Shown: positions 19,955 to 29,052, numbered from the stretch's first letter. The stretch: 35,463 bases of DNA from Chlamydiota bacterium (GCA_050049995.1 JASFVE010000008.1:1-35463), one strand, 5' to 3'. The notes: generated from the sequence alone by a model not told the origin. A program made the numbers and translations.

Positions 19955-20911
19955 ATGAAAAAATTTGCTTTTTTATTTCCGGGTCAAGGAGCTCAATACA
20001 GCTCAATGGGAAAGGATTTTTTTGATACCTTTGCTATAGCCCGACATACTTTCGAAGAAGCTGAAGATATTCTTGCTTTTAAAATATCAGACATAATTTT
20101 TAATGGCAGTGAAGAAGAGCTAAAACAAACCAAACATAGTCAACTCGCTATTTTTGTTAATAGTGTCGCAATTCTTAAAACTATAAATCAGCAACTTCCT
20201 GAGTTAGTACCATATGTATGTGCAGGTCTTAGTCTTGGAGAGTACACAGCATTATACGCCTCTCAAAAAATTGACTTTGCTTCAGCTTTAAGACTTGTTA
20301 GAGATCGTGCATATTTTATGAATGACGCATGTGAAAAGTCTTCAGGAAAAATGGCGGCTGTAATGGGTATAACAGCAAAGGAATTAGAAGAGCTTCTTTC
20401 TCCTTTAGCAAACAGTCATCAAGTATGGGTTGCTAATTATAATTGCCCAGGACAGACGGTTATTTCCGGTACGCAAAGTGGCGTTGAATATGCCACTGAA
20501 TTTTTAAAGAAAAATGGTGCTAAAAGGGTCATACCACTACAGGTTCATGGTGCTTTTCATAGTGGATTAATGATGTCAGCTCAAGAAAAACTAGCTCCTA
20601 AAATCAACAAGGTTTCTTTAGAAGAAAGCTCCATCAAAATTGTAATGAATACACCAGGAGACTTTGTTGAATCTGAAGATGAAATTAGAAACTATTTAAT
20701 AAAACAAGTTACTTCTTCAGTTCGATGGGAGCAATCTGTTAATGCAATGGAATTGCATGACATTGACTCTTACATAGAAATAGGATGTGGCAAAACTCTT
20801 GCAAACATGAATAAAAAAATTGGCACTAAAGCACCTACAAAATCTATTGATAAAGTTATTGATTTAGATGTTTTAATCAATGATTTAGAAGAAGTTGGAT
20901 GTTCAATTTAA
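19955..20911 (+). CDS. fabD: Malonyl-CoA:ACP transacylase
   Basis: FPGQGAQ, GLSLGEY nucleophile motif, ANYNCPGQTVISG, GAFHS, VRW; start set to ATG 19955. Confidence 0.97.
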   Translation: MKKFAFLFPGQGAQYSSMGKDFFDTFAIARHTFEEAEDILAFKISDIIFNGSEEELKQTKHSQLAIFVNSVAILKTINQQLPELVPYVCAGLSLGEYTALYASQKIDFASALRLVRDRAYFMNDACEKSSGKMAAVMGITAKELEELLSPLANSHQVWVANYNCPGQTVISGTQSGVEYATEFLKKNGAKRVIPLQVHGAFHSGLMMSAQEKLAPKINKVSLEESSIKIVMNTPGDFVESEDEIRNYLIKQVTSSVRWEQSVNAMELHDIDSYIEIGCGKTLANMNKKIGTKAPTKSIDKVIDLDVLINDLEEVGCSI

Positions 20912-20924
20912 GAGAGAGAAATAC

Positions 20925-21668
20925 ATGTTAAAAGGTAAAAAAGCCGTCATAACTGGCGGAACTTCAGGTATTGGAAAAGAAATAGCCAATGTATTTGCAG
21001 CGCAAGGTGCTGATGTAATTGTATTTGGAACGAATGCTCAAAGAGCACAGCAAATAATACAAGAACTGAAACAGTTATACCCTTCTCAGGAATTTTCTTA
21101 TGAGCTTTTAGATGTTTCTAAAATTAATGAAGTAGAGAAAGCTTTAAATAATATACTGGAAAAATGGAAATCTATAGATGTCTTAGTAAATAATGCAGGT
21201 ATTACTAAAGACAACTTATTAGTTAGAATGAAAGAAGATGAGTGGGATCAAGTTATCAGTGTAAATTTAAAGTCTGTTTATAATACTTGCCGAGCCCTTG
21301 CTCGTTCTATGATGAAGGCTAAAGCCGGGACAATTATAAATATTACTTCAGTAATAGGCTTGACAGGAAATGCAGGACAGGTTAATTATGCTGCTTCCAA
21401 GTCAGGTATGATCGGCTTTACTAAGTCTTTGGCAAAAGAGCTTGCTAGTAGAGGTGTTCGCGTAAATTGCATTGCACCGGGCTATATTGATACCCCAATG
21501 ACAAATGGATTACCTGAGAAAGTTAAAGAGAGCATTTTACATTCTATTCCTATGAATAGAATGGGTGAGCCAAAAGAAATTGCTAATGCTGCCTTATTTT
21601 TGGCCAGTGATTTATCAAAGTATATAACAGGTCAAGTTCTCACCGTTGACGGTGGAATGGTGATGTAA
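20925..21668 (+). CDS. fabG: 3-oxoacyl-ACP reductase
   Basis: [26 protein letters not shown]; start set to ATG 20925. Confidence 0.97.
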   Translation: MLKGKKAVITGGTSGIGKEIANVFAAQGADVIVFGTNAQRAQQIIQELKQLYPSQEFSYELLDVSKINEVEKALNNILEKWKSIDVLVNNAGITKDNLLVRMKEDEWDQVISVNLKSVYNTCRALARSMMKAKAGTIINITSVIGLTGNAGQVNYAASKSGMIGFTKSLAKELASRGVRVNCIAPGYIDTPMTNGLPEKVKESILHSIPMNRMGEPKEIANAALFLASDLSKYITGQVLTVDGGMVM

Positions 21669-21702
21669 AAAAAATATTTTAAACTCTAACCAAGGAAAGT
21701 AC

Positions 21703-21945
21703 ATGTCGGTAGATCAAGAAGTAGTTGATATTATCGTAGAACAACTTGGTGTCGATGCTGAAGAAGTAACAGCAGAAAAGTCTTTTGTAGAAGATCTTAA
21801 TGCTGATTCTTTAGATCTTACTGAACTCATTATGACTTTTGAAGAAAGGTTTGGATTTGAGATTTCAGAAGAAGATGCCGAGAAACTGAAAACTGTTGGT
21901 GATGTTGTTCAATACATCGAAGCTAGAAAAGCAGCCAATGCCTAA
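21703..21945 (+). CDS. acpP: Acyl carrier protein
   Basis: DLNADSLD phosphopantetheine site; acidic 80-aa protein; AAGGA RBS. Confidence 0.98.
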   Translation: MSVDQEVVDIIVEQLGVDAEEVTAEKSFVEDLNADSLDLTELIMTFEERFGFEISEEDAEKLKTVGDVVQYIEARKAANA

Positions 21946-21950
21946 AAATT

Positions 21951-21981
21951 AACTGCTTATCCTATTAAAGGATAAGCAGTT
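21951..21981. terminator. Intrinsic terminator-like hairpin between acpP and the convergent gene
   Basis: Perfect 13-bp inverted repeat AACTGCTTATCCT-attaa-AGGATAAGCAGTT; followed by AATTTTT on the minus strand. Confidence 0.8.
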
Positions 21982-22660
21982 GATCCATAATCATATCGAT
22001 ACAAGAATTACTTACTTCTTTAAATATAGGATCAGTATATTGATCAGGCAAGTAAGGTGTATCTGTATTGTCAATAATCATCGCTAAAAACTTTTTAGCT
22101 GTATCTTTCTTCTCTACAAGGCTTAAGCTATCAAACTGGTTGGCAAATAAAATAGATACTCTAGTAACTGTTATTAAATCTTTCCAGTGAAAACCATTTT
22201 CAAAGGTTTCATATACTTCGCTTGCGTATTCTTCAAAAATCTCATCCGAAGGCTTATTTTTTTGTTTTACGGAAGGTAAAAAGTCTTCAAGTGATTCAGG
22301 TACAATTAAGTCTACGAAGGGAATCGCCATTTTCTTGAAAAGCGGATCGGAAAAACTATCAGGGAGGTATGGGGTATTAGTTTTATCTATGACTTCGTAC
22401 AAGATGTGGACAACTGAGTCTCTTTTCTCTTCTAATCCTAAGTTAGGAAAATCTTCTAAGTAGTGAAGAGATAGTTTCATGATTACTGGTAAGTCTCTCC
22501 ATTGCAGTCCATCACTAAAAATAGATAGAATTTTATCAACATATTGGCTGAGATCACGGTCACTTGGCCTAATAGTTGCGTGATATCGATGAGATGCTGG
22601 GTTGATATAATGTACTTCTTGACATGCTTCTTGAGCAAAACCATCGTAGTCTAGTGCCAT
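21965..22660 (-). CDS. Hypothetical protein with two tandem copies of an ~89-aa unknown domain
   Basis: Internal duplication visible in translation (F..G..W.DL ... EK.D ... ID.T.TPYLPD...DP.FK twice); start set to ATG 22660 after GAGG RBS (231 aa). Confidence 0.85.
   Translation of the reverse strand: MALDYDGFAQEACQEVHYINPASHRYHATIRPSDRDLSQYVDKILSIFSDGLQWRDLPVIMKLSLHYLEDFPNLGLEEKRDSVVHILYEVIDKTNTPYLPDSFSDPLFKKMAIPFVDLIVPESLEDFLPSVKQKNKPSDEIFEEYASEVYETFENGFHWKDLITVTRVSILFANQFDSLSLVEKKDTAKKFLAMIIDNTDTPYLPDQYTDPIFKEVSNSCIDMIMDQLLIL
21986..22567 (-). repeat. Intragenic tandem domain duplication (unit 1 approx. 22567-22301, unit 2 approx. 22252-21986)
   Basis: Gapless manual alignment gives 32 identities over 89 aa; period 105 codons. 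Confidence 0.9.
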
Positions 22661-22864
22661 ACTTACCTCATAAGTTTTTTGAGTAAAGAAGACGTTAATG
22701 TTTTCTTTAATTATTATAAAGAAATTATAAACAGTAAGGAGTGAATTTTTTAGTACAAAAAATACTCTCAAAAGTTTTCCTTTATCAAGAAGTCTTGAAA
22801 AAGTGGTAAAAAATATATTTAATAGGTTATGTTTTTTTTTATTAATTTATTGAAATTATAATTT

Positions 22865-23683
22865 ATGGATTTAACCCAGTATGAAATTGGCTTTGTTGGA
22901 TTTGGTCATTTAGGGTCAACATTATTTGATCGATTTATAGCAACACGGCTAATTAGAAATGAGCAATGCAGGTTTGTTCGTCAAAATATAAAAAAACAGC
23001 ATGAAACAAGTACCAAGTTCTCGATTTTGCCATCTACAGTTCATAAAATTTTTCAAAGGTCAGATATTATCTTACTTTGTCTCCCACCTCAAAATATTGC
23101 AGAAATCATGCAAGATGCGCATGGATGTGATCTTGAGAATAAGCTTATCATTTCTACTTTAGCGGGTGTGAAATTACAATATTTTGAAAAAAGTCTATTA
23201 GGAAAAACCCAGCTAATGAGAGTCATGCCAAATGTCCCTTCTTTAATAGGCGAGGGGATTACAGCTGTAAGTTATAATGATTACATAACTGCTGATAATA
23301 AGGCTTTAGGGCTGCTGTTAATGACAGCTCTTGGTATTGTCATTGAGATTGAAGAAAAGTATATGGATGCTGCCTGTGGTATATGTGGAAGTGGTCCTGC
23401 TTTTGTTTTTAAGCTTATTCAAGCAACAATTGAAAAGGCTCAAGAAGAAGGAGTGCCTCAAGATATTGCTCTTAAGATGGCATCTCAAATGTTTGCCGGA
23501 GCTGGAAAATTAGCTTTAAAAGAAAAAAGTTTAGATGCCCTCCTTTCTTCTATTCAATCCCCAAGAGGTACTACTCAGGCTGGAGTAAAAAAATTTGAGA
23601 CTTTGGATGTTTCTGCAAGCTTTAAAAAAGTTCTTTCAGCGTCAATTGATAGATCTAAGGAGATATCTGCAGCTGTCAAGTAG
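22865..23683 (+). CDS. proC: Pyrroline-5-carboxylate reductase
   Basis: IGFVGFGHLG, ISTLAGV, RVMPN, GSGPAF, SPRGTT. Confidence 0.93.
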   Translation: MDLTQYEIGFVGFGHLGSTLFDRFIATRLIRNEQCRFVRQNIKKQHETSTKFSILPSTVHKIFQRSDIILLCLPPQNIAEIMQDAHGCDLENKLIISTLAGVKLQYFEKSLLGKTQLMRVMPNVPSLIGEGITAVSYNDYITADNKALGLLLMTALGIVIEIEEKYMDAACGICGSGPAFVFKLIQATIEKAQEEGVPQDIALKMASQMFAGAGKLALKEKSLDALLSSIQSPRGTTQAGVKKFETLDVSASFKKVLSASIDRSKEISAAVK

Positions 23684-23751
23684 CTCCTTCTTGTGAAAAA
23701 CCTGTAAATAGTAGTAAAAATGATGGGTTAATGTGAAACAATTGAGGCTAA

Positions 23752-24705
23752 ATGGAAAAAAGAAAAGTTGTGATTATTGGTTCAGGACCCGCAGGTTATA
23801 CAGCAGCAATTTATGCGGCTAGAGCAAACTTAAGTCCCTTGTTGTATGAAGGATTCATGTCAGGCCCTGCAGGAGGTCAATTAATGACTACTACAGAAGT
23901 AGAAAATTACCCGGGTTTTCCAGAAGGGATCTTAGGTCCAAATATGATGGAAAGCTTCAAAAAACAAGCTATGCGGTTCAAAACAGACATACTTACTGAA
24001 GACGTTAAGTCTGTGGACTTATCTTCTTATCCTTTTACCGTAGTAGGTTCAAAAACGTCTGTAAAAGCAAACTCTTTAATTATTTCGACTGGAGCTACAG
24101 CTAAACGATTAGACATTCCGGGAGCAAGAGATGGAGAGTTTTGGCAAAAAGGAGTGACTGCATGTGCTATCTGTGATGGGGCTTCTCCGATTTTTAGAGA
24201 TAAACATTTGTTTGTAATAGGGGGAGGAGATAGCGCCGTTGAAGAGGCAGTCTTTTTAACAAAGTATGCAAGTAAAGTATTCTTGGTGCATAGAAGGGAT
24301 GAGCTTCGTGCTTCTAAAATCATGGCGCAAAGAGCTATGAATCATCCTAAGGTAGAGGTTCTATGGAATAAAAGAGTCGTTGAAGTTTTTGGAGATAATA
24401 TTGTAAGAGGAGTAGTATTGCAAGACACTGTAACAAATAAAGAGCAAAAATACGAAGCCGGTGGCCTCTTTTTTGCTATTGGACATTTACCAAATACAGA
24501 TTTTTTAAAAGGACAGCTTGCAACTGATGAAAAAGGCTATTTAAAAGTAGATAAAGGATCTTCTCGGACAAATATAGAAGGAGTATTTGCCGCAGGTGAT
24601 GTACAAGATTCCATTTACAGGCAAGCGGTAACAGCTGCTGGATCGGGGTGTATGGCTGCATTAGATGCGGAAAGATGGCTCTCAGAAAAGGGATATATTG
24701 ATTAA
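23752..24705 (+). CDS. trxB: Thioredoxin reductase
   Basis: [33 protein letters not shown] redox motif, GGGDSA, FAAGDV. Confidence 0.98.
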   Translation: MEKRKVVIIGSGPAGYTAAIYAARANLSPLLYEGFMSGPAGGQLMTTTEVENYPGFPEGILGPNMMESFKKQAMRFKTDILTEDVKSVDLSSYPFTVVGSKTSVKANSLIISTGATAKRLDIPGARDGEFWQKGVTACAICDGASPIFRDKHLFVIGGGDSAVEEAVFLTKYASKVFLVHRRDELRASKIMAQRAMNHPKVEVLWNKRVVEVFGDNIVRGVVLQDTVTNKEQKYEAGGLFFAIGHLPNTDFLKGQLATDEKGYLKVDKGSSRTNIEGVFAAGDVQDSIYRQAVTAAGSGCMAALDAERWLSEKGYID

Positions 24706-25520
24706 TGTTTTTTAGAGGATCAATTTTTTTTCTTCTATTAATCCATTTATCTTTATCAGGCTTAGAAAGGCAGCCCTGGTTTGGAGATGTTTTTGAGTTC
24801 CATTTCTTGTCTGGTTATACATACTCTAGATTTAGAAAAGTGGAGGGGGCTATAGATCAATTGACACGTGCTTCCAATGACCATTTACTTTTTGCAGATC
24901 TTGAATTGTCACCCTCTCCTCATTTGAGCATTGATAGTGAAATTGAGTTTACTGACACTCCTCGTCAGTCATTTAGTTTTAGATCCTATGCACTGCAGGG
25001 GAGGTATTTGTGGCTAGATGATATAGTGGGAGACCCTATTACTTTAGCTACAGGTTTAAATGGCAGATTTACCTCTTCTCGATCCTTAAAAGATGTAAGT
25101 TCGCCTTATCATGGGAATGTTGACTTTGAAGCTAATGTAGCAATAGGAAAAGAGTTTGATCAAGGAGGCTATTGGCGGTTTAGGATCTGGGGAATGGGAG
25201 TAATAGGTCTTGCCAATAAAGGATCTCCGTGGTTTGAAGGGCTATTAGCAATTGAGGGAAACTATGACGATGACCATAAGTGGGGACTTTTCTTGGATGG
25301 AGGGCATGGTTATGGGAGGAAGACTCAAATAGATATTTCTAATTTTTATGGATACGGCCGAGTTAGATATAAGTATATTGATATTACTGGAAGATATGGC
25401 GTCCGTTTAGGAGTTTGGGGTACTTTGCGCTTTGAATACACGAGAAGGCTTCTAGCAAAGCTTTATCCTGAAAAAGTAAACTTTTTCACAGTTAGTTACT
25501 TATTACCTTTTTCTTTTTAA
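24705..25520 (+). CDS. Hypothetical exported protein, probable outer-membrane beta-barrel
   Basis: N-terminal signal peptide; Gly/aromatic-rich alternating strands; C-terminal FTVSYLLPFSF ending in Phe; TAATG overlap with trxB. Confidence 0.7.
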   Translation: MFFRGSIFFLLLIHLSLSGLERQPWFGDVFEFHFLSGYTYSRFRKVEGAIDQLTRASNDHLLFADLELSPSPHLSIDSEIEFTDTPRQSFSFRSYALQGRYLWLDDIVGDPITLATGLNGRFTSSRSLKDVSSPYHGNVDFEANVAIGKEFDQGGYWRFRIWGMGVIGLANKGSPWFEGLLAIEGNYDDDHKWGLFLDGGHGYGRKTQIDISNFYGYGRVRYKYIDITGRYGVRLGVWGTLRFEYTRRLLAKLYPEKVNFFTVSYLLPFSF

Positions 25521-25891
25521 GAAATTCTTAGTGCAAATGCTACTGCATATTTTTCACAATGGCTAATGGTAATAAGGACATTTACATTTTTCATTTCAGC
25601 TAATATTTTTTCCTGGAAAAATACCTCAGGTTTGCCATTTGAAGTATTTAATATTTTAAAATCATTCCACTGCAGTTTTTTACCAAAACCTGTTCCAAGC
25701 GCTTTTGCTACAGCCTCTTTAGCTGCAAATCTTCCGGCAACACGAATTTCAGGATATTTGTGTTCAAAGCAATACTTTATTTCATCAGGTGAGAAAAGAC
25801 GAGTTAAAAAATGATCACCATGGTTGTCGATACTTTTCTTTATCCTATCAACTTCAATGATATCACTTCCAATGCCTAATATGTTATTCAT
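25517..25891 (-). CDS. acpS: Holo-ACP synthase
   Basis: GIGSDIIE, AGRFAAKEAVAKALGTG, GKP, ITISH. Confidence 0.97.
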   Translation of the reverse strand: MNNILGIGSDIIEVDRIKKSIDNHGDHFLTRLFSPDEIKYCFEHKYPEIRVAGRFAAKEAVAKALGTGFGKKLQWNDFKILNTSNGKPEVFFQEKILAEMKNVNVLITISHCEKYAVAFALRIS

Positions 25892-26958
25892 GTAGTTCTT
25901 TGTTCGAGAGATATTGATTCATTAGAATAAGAGGTTTCTTGATTATTTTCTATGGTATTACAGAAAATCATTCTTCCAGAGGAAGTATGCTTTACTGATA
26001 ATACAGTAACATAAATCGATTGGCCTATGAAATCACCACCACCATTCACTACGACCATTGTACCATCATCAAGGTAGCCAACGCCTTGCCTACTTTCTTT
26101 TCCGTACCTTTGAATTTTAATTAATAGTCTTTCACCTGTCTGCATTAAAGGTTTAAGTGCATTGGAAAGAGAGTGTATATTAATGATTTTTATCCCTTCT
26201 ATTTCAGAGCTTTGAATCCTACTCATATCAGCAGTTAAAATATTAGCATCAATAAGTCTAGCAGAACGGATCATCTTTTCACTTACATCTTCAATATCTG
26301 AAAATTCTGAGTCAGTAAGTCGAATATTTAAATTAGGAGAAGACTCTAATTTTTTATAGACATCAAGAGAGCGCTTGGCTTTTGTATTTAATGGTTCGTC
26401 AGATGACTCCATTTTTGCTTTGATGTCATTTAAAACAAACCGGGGAATTACAAGGTGGCCATCTACAAGGCCAGTAGCTGCTAAATCGATAATTCTAGGG
26501 TCTGATAAAACAGAAGCATCTAATAAAAGGTCTCTTTTTTTATCTGCTTTTTGAAGGAAGCGAACAAATGGAATACTGAAACTTATCTCATTTGCATTTT
26601 TTATAGTGAAAGTTACTCCAAAGTAAATAGAGATCAGCATTAGAGAAGAATTAATTAAATGAAGGAGAAAGGCTGGCTCTTCATAGGGTGCTAAAAAATT
26701 AACAGCGTTTGTAAGGGTTTTGCCGAGTAAAAATCCTACAAAAACACCTAGTACAGTTGCATTAAAAGAATGTAAATTTATAGTTTTTAAAGCTTTTTCA
26801 AAAAAATAACTCAGAGCAACTAAAGCTGAACCTGTAACTAACGCAATAAAAAGACTATTGCTCAAAGAATTTTTTGTGAAATCCGTGGAAATTAATAATG
26901 GAATACTAAAAAATAAAAAAATTAAGGTCAATTTAGCGCTTTTTAATTTGGTTTTCAT
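25888..26958 (-). CDS. Membrane-anchored PIN/TRAM domain protein (YacL-like)
   Basis: Four N-terminal TM helices, LLDASVLSDPRI PIN strand, C-terminal GKESRQGVGYLDDGTMVVV...TSSGRMIF TRAM-type domain. Confidence 0.9.
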   Translation of the reverse strand: MKTKLKSAKLTLIFLFFSIPLLISTDFTKNSLSNSLFIALVTGSALVALSYFFEKALKTINLHSFNATVLGVFVGFLLGKTLTNAVNFLAPYEEPAFLLHLINSSLMLISIYFGVTFTIKNANEISFSIPFVRFLQKADKKRDLLLDASVLSDPRIIDLAATGLVDGHLVIPRFVLNDIKAKMESSDEPLNTKAKRSLDVYKKLESSPNLNIRLTDSEFSDIEDVSEKMIRSARLIDANILTADMSRIQSSEIEGIKIINIHSLSNALKPLMQTGERLLIKIQRYGKESRQGVGYLDDGTMVVVNGGGDFIGQSIYVTVLSVKHTSSGRMIFCNTIENNQETSYSNESISLEQRTT

Positions 26959-27069
26959 GCGAGTGTTCTCCCGGAAGCTTTGTTTTTAAGATTTGGATTT
27001 TAGACATGGTTAATTTTTTTGTCGACATATGATAAAAACATTTTTTAATGATTAATTATTAGGTAAATA

Positions 27070-27495
27070 ATGAAACATTGGTTTTATGTAAATTTAACAG
27101 GAATGATTTGGCTAACTGGTGGAATGAATCTTGTTATTAAAGGAACTAGATTGATCACAGAAAATCATTTTAACATACCTTTTCTTGTATCTTTATTTTC
27201 GTTAGCAATCTTGATAGGAACTTTTAAAAATGTGTTTATTTTTAAAAAGGTGGTTAAACGAGTAGTAGATAGGATTGCAAGCCTTAAAATGCCTATTTCT
27301 ATATTTAAAATTTATGACAGCCGTTTTTATATTCTTATCGTATTAATGATTACAGTAAGTGTTTTGCTAAATGCACTAAGAGTGCCTTCAGTCATTAGGG
27401 GATTTGTTGATTTTGCTATTGGTTTTGGTTTAATACAAGGGGCTTTTAGATATTTTAAATTTGCATTAGCTTTGAAAAAAGCTTCTTATTTTTGA
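27070..27495 (+). CDS. Hypothetical integral membrane protein (four predicted TM helices)
   Basis: Hydrophobic pattern; location between acpS and lgt resembles the conserved chlamydial membrane protein at this locus. Confidence 0.8.
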   Translation: MKHWFYVNLTGMIWLTGGMNLVIKGTRLITENHFNIPFLVSLFSLAILIGTFKNVFIFKKVVKRVVDRIASLKMPISIFKIYDSRFYILIVLMITVSVLLNALRVPSVIRGFVDFAIGFGLIQGAFRYFKFALALKKASYF

Positions 27496-27911
27496 TAGCT
27501 TTTCGATCCATGCTGGATTTGATAGGCTCGGTATATTTGTTCTATTAGAATAAGCCGTGTAATTTGATGGGTAAAAGTTAGTTTGGAAAGGCTAATTTTA
27601 AAAAATGATTTTTCTAAAATCTTTTTTGGGATTCCATCTGAAGAGCCGATAACGAAATTTAACCGTGAATGGTTTTCTTCAAACATTTTAAATATTTGTT
27701 TGCTAAATGAGATGCTTTCAAATTCTTTTCCCATAGGATCTAGAGCAATAAAAGGCATTTTTTCAGTGTAATCAGAAAGAGATAAGTTATTTTTTAAAAA
27801 AACCCATTCAAATTGAATAGTATTGGACAATCTCTTTTCATATTCATTAATTGCCTCTATTAGCCATTTTTCTTTATTTTTCCCAATTGATATAATTTTG
27901 ACTTTTAACAT
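27486..27911 (-). CDS. rlmH: 23S rRNA (pseudouridine1915-N3)-methyltransferase
   Basis: IISIGK...EYEKRL, FVIGSSDG, SLSKLTFTHQITRLILIEQIYRA SPOUT motifs. Confidence 0.93.
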   Translation of the reverse strand: MLKVKIISIGKNKEKWLIEAINEYEKRLSNTIQFEWVFLKNNLSLSDYTEKMPFIALDPMGKEFESISFSKQIFKMFEENHSRLNFVIGSSDGIPKKILEKSFFKISLSKLTFTHQITRLILIEQIYRAYQIQHGSKSYQK

Positions 27912-27950
27912 GTTAATATGCTTTTCTTATTTTTGTTTTAAGGAGTCCTT

Positions 27951-28976
27951 ATGATTGGCTGGATTTACTGGAACCCATCTAGATGGTTATTTACCCTTCC
28001 TATTGTTGATATTCCTATACCAATTTATGGCCTACTATTTGCGAGTGGTTTTTTCTTAGGATATTATATTTTTTCTTCCTTAATAAAAAAAATGTTAAAA
28101 ATATTTCCTGAATATAGCGAAACAGATATTTTATCTTATGAAGCTTTAAGTACTAAGCTAAAATCAACTACGGATAACAAGTTCCAGCTTCTCCAAGCCT
28201 TAAATGAAAAACTTTTATTGGATCCTTATAAAAAAAGACTTGAATGGGATCAAAAGCTAGCGGGAATTGTTTTACCTTTAAAGAAAAAGGTTTACTTCAT
28301 TGTAGATAAAGCGTTGCTCTTCATGGTTATTTCAACTGTAATTGGGGCTAGAGTGGGGCATTTTTTATTTTATGAAAAGCCTTCAGAGTATTTACAGAAT
28401 CCTTTAGAAATTCTGAAAATTTGGGAAGGAGGACTTGCCAGCCATGGTGCAGCTATTAGCATTATTCTAGCTATGGTGCTTTTATCTCAAAAAATGAAAA
28501 AAATATTTCCCCCATTAAATTGGATAAAACTTTTAGACTTTGTTTCTATCCCTGCGGCTCTTGGAGGTTGTTTTATTAGAATTGGGAATTTTTTCAATCA
28601 AGAAATTCTAGGTCGTCCTACTCAAATGTTTTGGGGGGTAGTTTTTGGTAATCCCATGGGAGCTACAAACGGAATGATTCCAAGACACCCAGTACAACTG
28701 TACGAAGCCGGGTTTTATTTGCTAACGTTTATTGTCTTATGGACAGTAGCAAAGAAAAAGCAGTTTTTTCTTTCCAATGGTAAAATCTTTAGTTTGTTTT
28801 TAATTTTGGTCTTTTCATTTCGGTTTTTAATAGAATTTTTTAAAGAGCATCAAAGTATGCTTTTATCTTCTCAACCCTTTATTAATATGGGTCAATATTT
28901 AAGCATCCCTCTGATTATTGCGGGGGTTATATTATTTAGAACCAAGAAGCCTCTTGGAAGCCAGTCATATCAATAA
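27951..28976 (+). CDS. lgt: Prolipoprotein diacylglyceryl transferase
   Basis: YG motif, IGARVGH, IWEGGLASHG, RIGNFFNQE, RHPVQLYE, RFLIEFFK, MGQYLS; AAGGAG RBS. Confidence 0.96.
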   Translation: MIGWIYWNPSRWLFTLPIVDIPIPIYGLLFASGFFLGYYIFSSLIKKMLKIFPEYSETDILSYEALSTKLKSTTDNKFQLLQALNEKLLLDPYKKRLEWDQKLAGIVLPLKKKVYFIVDKALLFMVISTVIGARVGHFLFYEKPSEYLQNPLEILKIWEGGLASHGAAISIILAMVLLSQKMKKIFPPLNWIKLLDFVSIPAALGGCFIRIGNFFNQEILGRPTQMFWGVVFGNPMGATNGMIPRHPVQLYEAGFYLLTFIVLWTVAKKKQFFLSNGKIFSLFLILVFSFRFLIEFFKEHQSMLLSSQPFINMGQYLSIPLIIAGVILFRTKKPLGSQSYQ

Positions 28977-29023
28977 AAAAAATTATATAGTTTCTAATCT
29001 ACTTAAAGATTTTTTTTCATCCC

Positions 29024-29052
29024 TTGATGATTAAATTTCTATAGGTAATAAT
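29024..29052 (+). promoter_or_regulatory. Putative sigma70/sigma66 promoter of the ssb-pepA unit
   Basis: TTGATG-N17-AATAAT upstream of GGAGG RBS and GTG start; AT-rich context lowers specificity. Confidence 0.35.

Noticed and set aside
22661..22771. 37-aa N-terminal extension of the duplicated-domain ORF given in the track
   Set aside because: AT-rich promoter-like sequence; the GAGG RBS points to ATG 22660 as the real start
23689..23720. CTTGTGAAAAA motif shared with 32906-32916 upstream of the small lipoprotein
   Set aside because: Most simply a -35-like element followed by an A tract; two copies in AT-rich DNA are not enough to call a regulator site
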